Below, one piece after another: positions 57,904 to 64,000 of a DNA stretch of 64,000 nt. How positions within the stretch are numbered: position 1 is the stretch's first letter; each line of letters begins with the position of its first letter. The position numbers and the translations under genes were made by a program. The notes beneath the pieces are model-generated. The model did not search any database and was not told the DNA's origin. It saw only the letters and a list, made by a program, of their open reading frames with translations. This DNA comes from a virus (lineage: Duplodnaviria; Caudoviricetes): IMG/VR virus record IMGVR_UViG_3300012344_000013, positions 32,001-96,000 of that record, one strand, 5' to 3'.

Positions 57904-57932
57904 TTGACAACTATGATATAATGAGATATAAT
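57904..57932 (+). promoter_or_regulatory. Consensus sigma-A promoter
   Basis: TTGACA-17bp-TATAAT. Confidence 0.85.
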
Positions 57933-57962
57933 ATATTCAAATCAAACAAGGAGGAAAACAAT

Positions 57963-58172
57963 ATGTCACAGTGGATTGATATTAAAAGTCCTGATGGAGG
58001 AAGAATTTGGGGAAGGGTTGAGATTAAAGATAACGGCGATAAGTGGGCTTATCAGATGAAACCTTATAAGATAGTCGCTATGTATAATCATATGACCAAC
58101 CAGACAACAGACTTCTTACATCATCCCCTTAGCCAGGGTGATACTGCTGCTTCATGGATTAAGCCCTGTTAA
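57963..58172 (+). CDS. Small accessory protein (start MSQW)
   Basis: AAGGAGG RBS after consensus promoter. Confidence 0.6.
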   Translation: MSQWIDIKSPDGGRIWGRVEIKDNGDKWAYQMKPYKIVAMYNHMTNQTTDFLHHPLSQGDTAASWIKPC

Positions 58173-58190
58173 GAAAGGGATATTTATCTT

Positions 58191-58814
58191 ATGCGGAGAA
58201 AACATAATAAAATTATCGAAGATATACTCTTTTCTGAAAGTTATAGGGATATGACTACCAATGAGATGGTAGGTATAGCTGAAGATGAATTTAGAACTTT
58301 TGATAATGATGAGCTTAAAATAGCTTTTCTAGAAAAAGCCTTTGAAAAATTAGAGCCTTCTGAACGTAGTTGCTCTTCTTACCAATGTGCTAAAGTGTTA
58401 GTAGAGAGTGGCTCTTTTGAAGGCGGAGGTTTTGATGAAATCGTAGAAGAGTTTAGAGAGTTTGAAGTAGGCGATGTAGCGCAGCTTAAAAGAGGAGTTT
58501 TTAAGAAAATTCCTGGTACAGCTTTACTTAAAACTAATCATATGTTTGTAATTGTAGATAATGAAAATGTATGCGAAATATCTTTTAAGAATTCTAAAGC
58601 TATTGAAAAGTTTCCTTTTAATATTCCTATAAACAACTGGAAAGCTGCTAATTTACATAGACCTAGTCATGTAAAAACAGATACTTATGGAAAAGTAAGC
58701 GATTTTGATATTTTTAGAAAAATAGGCTATCTAACTGATTTTGATTTGAAGAGAGTTTTAGATTCTTACATAGATTCTCCGCAGAATACAATATTGGAGG
58801 AATTATCAAATTGA
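58191..58814 (+). CDS. PemK/MazF-like domain protein
   Basis: C-terminal half: 'GDV', 'H.FVIV', 'I.NWK.ANL..PS.VK', 'KIG.L...DL..V'. Confidence 0.55.
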   Translation: MRRKHNKIIEDILFSESYRDMTTNEMVGIAEDEFRTFDNDELKIAFLEKAFEKLEPSERSCSSYQCAKVLVESGSFEGGGFDEIVEEFREFEVGDVAQLKRGVFKKIPGTALLKTNHMFVIVDNENVCEISFKNSKAIEKFPFNIPINNWKAANLHRPSHVKTDTYGKVSDFDIFRKIGYLTDFDLKRVLDSYIDSPQNTILEELSN

Positions 58815-60988
58815 AAGTAATTAAGCGTAATGGAGATAGAGTAGAGTTTGATTTGAATAAAATCAAACTTTCCATTCAAAAAGCCAGTAAGCGTGTTAAA
58901 GCTAAAAAAGACAGGATATCCAGAGAAGAGCTTAATTCTATTTGTAATGAAGTAAGTAACAAACTTTCTAACAATACACGTGCGATAAAAGCAGATGTTA
59001 TACAAGATTGCATAGAAAATACTCTTATTGAACACAATGCACATGAAGTAGTAAAGGAATATATTTGTTATAGATATCTCCACAAACTAGCACGAGATTC
59101 ATACTCTGAGTTAATGGCTGAAATATCAAATAAATTAAATGGTAAAGATATCCAAAACCAAAATGCTAATGTAGATGAAGCTTCTTTTGGAGGGCGTATA
59201 GGCGGAGCAGCTAGTCTGATGGACAAGCGATTTGCTCTTGAATTCTGTATGTCTGATATGGCAAGAGAAAATCACCTTAATAATGAAATCTACATTCACG
59301 ATTTAGATTCCTATGCAGTAGGTAACCATAATTGTTTAAGTATACCATTTGATAAGCTTTTAGCTAAAGGATTTAATACTAGGCAAACCGATGTTAGACC
59401 TGCTGGTGGAGTAAATACAGCCTTTCAGCTAGTAGCTGTAATATTCCAGTTACAATCTTTGCAGCAATTTGGAGGCGTAAGCGCGACTCACTTAGATTGG
59501 ACTATGGTTCCTTATGTACGGAAGAGTTTTTGGAAACATTATAAGGATGGTAGCAAGTACTTAACTCCGCATAAAAAACTCCCTATAATCGATAATCCTA
59601 TTGAGGTATCTATTGAAGATAAAGTATATACCAAAAATAAAAAAGCATATAAATACGCGGTAGAGTTACTGCGGAAAGAAGTATATCAATCTGTAGAAGC
59701 TATGTACCATAATCTAAATACTTTGCAAAGTAGAAGTGGTAATCAACTACCGTTTACATCTATAAACTACGGAACGTGTACTTTAGTAGAAGGAAGAATG
59801 GTTACAAAAGCATTATTAGAAGTATCTATAGAAGGATTAGGCTCTTTAAGGCGTACTTCCATATTCCCGTGTGGAATATTTCAATATATGAAAGGTGTAA
59901 ATGATAAACCGGATACTCCTAATTATGATTTGTATAAATTAGCTTTGAAATCCACTGCTCAACGGCTTTATCCTAACTACGCTAATGTCGATTGGAGTGG
60001 GAATGCTGGATACGATAGAAGTGACCCTAAAACTTATTTTAGCACAATGGGTTGCAGGACAGCAAATGGCTATGATATAAATGGATTTGGCCAACTTAAA
60101 GATGGACGGGGAAACATATGTCCTGTTACAATTATTCTTCCTACATTAGCTATGGAAGCTAATAGAGATACAGATGCGTTTTTGAAATTACTAGATGAAA
60201 AGTTATTTGAAGCTAAAGATATACTTATTGAACGATTTGATAGAATATGTTCGCAAAGTCCTGACGCAGCGAAGTTTATGTATGAAAATGGCTTAATGGA
60301 AGGATATATTCCAGAAGAGGGTATTCGTTCAGCTTTGAAGCATGGCACATTAGCTATAGGTCAAATAGGTTTAGCAGAAACCTTACAGTTGTTAGTAGGG
60401 TGCGACCATACTGAAGAAAAGGGTATGGAATTAGCTAAACAAATTGAGCAGCTATACAAGACTAGGTGTAATGAGTTTAAGGAAAAGTACAAATTAAATT
60501 TCGGTGTGTACATGACTCCCGCAGAGAATCTTTGCTATACTTCTATGAAGAAATTCAAAGAAAAGTACGGGGTTATTCCAAATGTATCAGATAAAGATTT
60601 CTTTACAAACTCAATGCATGTACCTGTTTGGAAATCTATGACTCCTTTTGAGAAAATAGATATTGAATCGCAATTAACTGGATATTCGTCAGCAGGCTGT
60701 ATAACTTATGTGGAGTTAGATTCAGCTTGTAAAGATAATTTAGAAGCTCTTGAAGCTATTGTTAATTATGCGATGGAAAAAGACATCCCTTATTTTGCAG
60801 TTAATGTTCCTAATGATATGTGTAATAAATGTGGTTATACAGATGTTATAGATAAGGAATGCCCCGTGTGTGGTGGTACCGATATTAGAAGATTGAGAAG
60901 AGTTACAGGCTATTTAACTGGAGATTATAAAACTGCATTTAACTATGGCAAACAACAGGAAGTAGAAATGCGCGTAAAGCATCAATAG
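58811..60988 (+). CDS. nrdD: Anaerobic ribonucleoside-triphosphate reductase with ATP cone
   Basis: 'VIKRNG..V.FD..KI' ATP cone, 'IYIHDLD', 'TPAE', CxxC...CPxC, 'RRVTGYL' glycyl-radical loop. Confidence 0.96.
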   Translation: MKVIKRNGDRVEFDLNKIKLSIQKASKRVKAKKDRISREELNSICNEVSNKLSNNTRAIKADVIQDCIENTLIEHNAHEVVKEYICYRYLHKLARDSYSELMAEISNKLNGKDIQNQNANVDEASFGGRIGGAASLMDKRFALEFCMSDMARENHLNNEIYIHDLDSYAVGNHNCLSIPFDKLLAKGFNTRQTDVRPAGGVNTAFQLVAVIFQLQSLQQFGGVSATHLDWTMVPYVRKSFWKHYKDGSKYLTPHKKLPIIDNPIEVSIEDKVYTKNKKAYKYAVELLRKEVYQSVEAMYHNLNTLQSRSGNQLPFTSINYGTCTLVEGRMVTKALLEVSIEGLGSLRRTSIFPCGIFQYMKGVNDKPDTPNYDLYKLALKSTAQRLYPNYANVDWSGNAGYDRSDPKTYFSTMGCRTANGYDINGFGQLKDGRGNICPVTIILPTLAMEANRDTDAFLKLLDEKLFEAKDILIERFDRICSQSPDAAKFMYENGLMEGYIPEEGIRSALKHGTLAIGQIGLAETLQLLVGCDHTEEKGMELAKQIEQLYKTRCNEFKEKYKLNFGVYMTPAENLCYTSMKKFKEKYGVIPNVSDKDFFTNSMHVPVWKSMTPFEKIDIESQLTGYSSAGCITYVELDSACKDNLEALEAIVNYAMEKDIPYFAVNVPNDMCNKCGYTDVIDKECPVCGGTDIRRLRRVTGYLTGDYKTAFNYGKQQEVEMRVKHQ

Positions 60989-61000
60989 TTATTTATTATA

Positions 61001-61080
61001 CTAGCGAGCTCAGAATCATTTTAATTGTTTACTTATATAAAACATCATCTAAGTAATTTTAAGTGATTCTAGCTCGCCAG
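61001..61080. repeat. Long imperfect inverted repeat between nrdD and glyA
   Basis: CTAGCGAGCTCAGAATCATTT pairs with AAGTGATTCTAGCTCGCCAG. Confidence 0.65.
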
Positions 61081-61120
61081 TTTATTGTAATATATTTAGA
61101 TATAGCATAAGGAGCGCTTA

Positions 61121-62290
61121 ATGAGTAGTAAAGTTTTTGATTTGATAGAAGAAGAGAAGAAAAGACAAAGAGAGAATATAGAGTTAATAGCTTCAGAGAA
61201 TTTTGTAAGTGAAGATATTCTGAGAGCAGTGGGTTCTTGTTTAACTAATAAATATGCTGAAGGATTTCCTGGAAAAAGATACTATGGAGGTTGCGAAGTA
61301 GTAGATAAGATAGAGAATTACTGTATTGAACAGTGGCAAAAGGTATTTAATACAGACTATCACGTTAACGTTCAACCCCATAGTGGTTCTCAAGCTAATT
61401 TCGCAGCATATTCAGCAGCGCTGTCTCCAGGAGATACTATACTATCGATGTCTCTTAGCAATGGTGGGCATCTAACTCATGGCTCTAAAGTTAATTTTAG
61501 TGGAAAACTCTACAATATAATAGAATATAATGTAGATGAAAATGGTTTTATAGATTATAATGATATTTATAATAAGATTAAAGAATATAAGCCCAATCTA
61601 GTATTAGCAGGAGCATCTGCTTATCCTAGAATAATTGATTTTAAGCATATAAAAGAAATTATTAACGAATTTAGTAATGAAGATTATAAACCTTACTTTA
61701 TGGTTGATATGGCTCATATTGCTGGATTAGTAGCAGCTGGAGAGCACCCTTCTCCTTTCAGGCTAGCGGATATTGTAACTACAACTACTCATAAGACTCT
61801 TAGGGGACCCAGAGGTGGCTTAATATTTTGTAAACCTGAGCTAGCTAAGAAAGTAGATAGTGCGGTATTTCCTAATAGTCAAGGTGGACCTTTACTTCAT
61901 GTAATAGCTGGAAAAGCTATATGTGCTGAAGAAGCTCAAACAGATACTTATAAGAAATATATTAAAAATGTTAAAATAAATTGTAAAGCTATGGCAGATA
62001 CTTTTATTAAAATGGGCTATGATGTTATAACGAATGGTACAGATAATCATTTGTTTTTAATTGATTTTTCTAAAACCCATCCCAATATAACTGGGAAACA
62101 AGTTCAAGATGAGCTAGATAAGCATCATATAACTCTTAATAAAAATTGTGTACCTAATGAACAGCGTTCTCCTATGCAAACAAGTGGAGTTAGAATAGGT
62201 ACTGCTGCTATGACTACTAAAGGATATACTGTAGATGACTTTATAGAAATAGCTCATAAGATAGATAAAATTATTTCAAGTCTTGGTTGA
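61121..62290 (+). CDS. glyA: Serine hydroxymethyltransferase
   Basis: 'LIASENF', 'NKYAEG.PGKRYYGG', 'GGHLTHG', 'DMAHIAGL', 'TTTHKTLRGPRGG'. Confidence 0.97.
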   Translation: MSSKVFDLIEEEKKRQRENIELIASENFVSEDILRAVGSCLTNKYAEGFPGKRYYGGCEVVDKIENYCIEQWQKVFNTDYHVNVQPHSGSQANFAAYSAALSPGDTILSMSLSNGGHLTHGSKVNFSGKLYNIIEYNVDENGFIDYNDIYNKIKEYKPNLVLAGASAYPRIIDFKHIKEIINEFSNEDYKPYFMVDMAHIAGLVAAGEHPSPFRLADIVTTTTHKTLRGPRGGLIFCKPELAKKVDSAVFPNSQGGPLLHVIAGKAICAEEAQTDTYKKYIKNVKINCKAMADTFIKMGYDVITNGTDNHLFLIDFSKTHPNITGKQVQDELDKHHITLNKNCVPNEQRSPMQTSGVRIGTAAMTTKGYTVDDFIEIAHKIDKIISSLG

Positions 62291-62315
62291 TATTTAGTAT
62301 GCATAGTATTATAAT
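62287..62315 (+). promoter_or_regulatory. Sigma-A promoter
   Basis: TTGATA-17bp-TATAAT. Confidence 0.7.
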
Positions 62316-62350
62316 AAATACATAAATAAAGAATAAAAGAGGTATTTATT

Positions 62351-62713
62351 ATGATGACTGCAACTGATGTAAAAATGAGTGATAAAACAGCTAGATTTGT
62401 TCGTAAAGCAATAGCTAAATATCTTCCTCAACTTAAAGAAATTGAACCTGTACGCAATAATATGAGAAAATTCCATCCAATATGTACGAAGATATTTCAT
62501 TCTTTTGAGACGCATCAGCACGCTTTTCTTAAGCCTTATACTGGGATTGATAGCGATTTCTTTTTTGAAGTTGTTATGGAGACAGAGGAACGTGAGTATT
62601 TTAAGAAAATAATAGATAGGGCAGAGCTTCCTCAATTTATAAATGAAATAGAAGAACTTATAAATACTATGGAAGAATTTGATGCTTTTATTACAGACAA
62701 ATATAATGTTTAA
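62351..62713 (+). CDS. Accessory hypothetical protein
   Basis: AAGAGGT RBS and own promoter. Confidence 0.6.
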   Translation: MMTATDVKMSDKTARFVRKAIAKYLPQLKEIEPVRNNMRKFHPICTKIFHSFETHQHAFLKPYTGIDSDFFFEVVMETEEREYFKKIIDRAELPQFINEIEELINTMEEFDAFITDKYNV

Positions 62714-62721
62714 TATTTATT

Positions 62722-62767
62722 AAGAAGTCAGCTTTTAGTTGACTTCTTTTTCTTTATATATTATAAT
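62722..62767 (+). promoter_or_regulatory. Hairpin-overlapped sigma-A promoter
   Basis: AAGAAGTCAGC/GTTGACTTCTT stem; TTGACT-17bp-TATAAT. Confidence 0.8.
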
Positions 62768-62793
62768 ATGTATGTAAATAAAAAGAAAAGAGG

Positions 62794-63063
62794 TTGTTAG
62801 AAATGACAGCAAAAGAGCGCGAAGCTAATATTTCAAAAGTTTATGATGAGATAATGGATGTTATGTGGGATGAGGGGTACGATACTTTCGATAACATGGT
62901 TGAAGATTTTGCCTACGATGAAGCAGAATATTATGTAGATAATTACGAAGAAGACGAGTTTGAATTTGACGCCGAGAGTTGGTGGGAAAGAGCACTCCGC
63001 GATAGTAGCTGTCTTATTGACGGTCTTTCTATGAGAGATGAAAGATGGTATTGGAAAGATTGA
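62794..63063 (+). CDS. Small highly acidic protein (paralogue A)
   Basis: D/E- and aromatic-rich; own promoter. Confidence 0.65.
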   Translation: MLEMTAKEREANISKVYDEIMDVMWDEGYDTFDNMVEDFAYDEAEYYVDNYEEDEFEFDAESWWERALRDSSCLIDGLSMRDERWYWKD

Positions 63064-63085
63064 TTAAAAATCTTTCTGAACTTAG

Positions 63086-63114
63086 TTGATTTTTTAGCAT
63101 AAATAAGTTATAAT
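63086..63114 (+). promoter_or_regulatory. Sigma-A promoter
   Basis: TTGATT-17bp-TATAAT followed by ATAAATGTAAATAAAA. Confidence 0.75.
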
Positions 63115-63160
63115 ATAAATGTAAATAAAACAAAAACAAATTTGAAAGAGGTATTTTAAC

Positions 63161-63409
63161 ATGAAAAACATTGAAAAACTTTACAACGAAATTATTAAGG
63201 TAATGGCTGAAGATGATTACGACATAACAACTGAAGAAGTACAAACTTTTGCCTGGGATGCGGCCGATTATATTGATATGTATCAGCGCGTCGGCGAGGA
63301 TTACGATGTTGAACAGTGGTGGGAAGATACCAGATGTGAAGAAGAATTCGTAGGTGAGCTTCCGCGCACTAACGAATACTATGACCTCTATGTCGGCGAC
63401 GAGGACTAA
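63161..63409 (+). CDS. Small highly acidic protein (paralogue B)
   Basis: Aligns by eye with 62794..63063; GAAAGAGG RBS. Confidence 0.65.
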   Translation: MKNIEKLYNEIIKVMAEDDYDITTEEVQTFAWDAADYIDMYQRVGEDYDVEQWWEDTRCEEEFVGELPRTNEYYDLYVGDED

Positions 63410-63419
63410 CTGTAATTAA

Positions 63420-63677
63420 ATGAAATGTATACAAATCAAAGAGGGATATACTGTATGGTATCCCTCTGTTATGAAATTCCTTCTAATATTACTCTGTATA
63501 GGTAAATATAAAAGCGATAAAGTAAATAATATCCTTAATCGTAGCTATGTCTCTATGTACGTAGAGTGGTGGCTGCATAATATAGGGTACCATATAACCA
63601 GGCCTTTCTGTAAAATACATTGGATTAAAAAGCTTAACAATAGACTTAAGGATGTTGATATAGAGGAGTGGAAATAA
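63420..63677 (+). CDS. Hypothetical protein
   Basis: 'EWWLHNIGY' motif; operon context. Confidence 0.45.
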   Translation: MKCIQIKEGYTVWYPSVMKFLLILLCIGKYKSDKVNNILNRSYVSMYVEWWLHNIGYHITRPFCKIHWIKKLNNRLKDVDIEEWK

Positions 63678-63680
63678 AAT

Positions 63681-64000
63681 ATGTACGAAGTAGATGATGA
63701 ATATAAGTTTTTACTTGATATGGGTGACTATCTTTATAAAACTGAATTGCCTGGTATATCAAAAGACGATAGAGAATACTTGGCTGAATTCTTGCTTTCA
63801 GAAGCGCGAAGAAATGAGAGGGAATTGGAAAGCCGTCTTACAAACTTACTCTACCATATGCTAAAAGCACGGTATATTCCTGAATTGTTTTCACGAAGTT
63901 GGGTAAATACTATAAGTGAAAACAATATACAGTTAAAAATATTTCTTAAAGGTGAGCCTTCCTTAAAACAAAAGGCAGTAGGTTTAATACCAGAGTGTTT
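63681..64000 (+). CDS. DUF29-family protein, 3'-truncated by the window
   Basis: My translation MYEVDDEY...D.EYLAE...RELESRLTNLLYHMLK...SRSWVNTI...PSLK matches the DUF29 pattern; GAGGAG RBS. Confidence 0.65.
   Translation, partial: MYEVDDEYKFLLDMGDYLYKTELPGISKDDREYLAEFLLSEARRNERELESRLTNLLYHMLKARYIPELFSRSWVNTISENNIQLKIFLKGEPSLKQKAVGLIPEC

Noticed and set aside
199-63244. Minus-strand and nested ORFs in the track (e.g. 199..690, 8160..8498, 10481..10918, 55532..55870, 62309..62635, 2919..3185)
   Set aside because: They are shadows of well-supported + strand genes, with no RBS or recognisable motifs
1-64000. Stop-codon reassignment (TAG or TGA recoding)
   Set aside because: Conserved genes are full length in the standard code, and both TAG and TGA end genes directly before the next RBS
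1-64000. CRISPR array, tRNA/rRNA genes, integrase or transposase
   Set aside because: No regularly spaced repeats, cloverleaf-like sequence or recombinase motifs seen; intergenic gaps are short

Overview
A 64-kb AT-rich segment of a large contractile-tailed (myovirus-type) dsDNA phage, with essentially all real genes on the + strand in the standard genetic code. Perfect sigma-A-type promoters, strong RBSs, NrdD, RecU and a tandem-OB SSB suggest an anaerobic Bacillota host. Gene order: head/neck proteins, tail sheath and tube, a nucleotidyltransferase-SWIM fusion, tail chaperone with a probable frameshift, tape measure and baseplate (1-22 kb). Next is a bacterial-style replisome and recombination module: SNF2, DnaC/DnaB/DnaG, SSB, a family A polymerase split into two genes, beta clamp, clamp loader, RecA, RecU, SbcCD (22-46 kb). 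Then a DNA hypermodification operon with a dNMP kinase, a T4-type beta-glucosyltransferase, an Asp-type (dCMP) thymidylate-synthase homologue and a dUTPase (47.6-50.8 kb). The rest holds a degenerate peptide deformylase, a displaced tail-fibre module, NrdD, GlyA and small accessory genes in repeated promoter cassettes. Most notable are the polA split at a degenerate Hint/intein-like domain, the T4-like glucosyl-hmC pathway in a PolA-based phage together with apparent genome-wide GATC avoidance, a hidden +1/-2 frameshift ORF, and paralogous acidic DNA-mimic candidates. All calls come from motif recognition and synteny by eye; no database searches were run.
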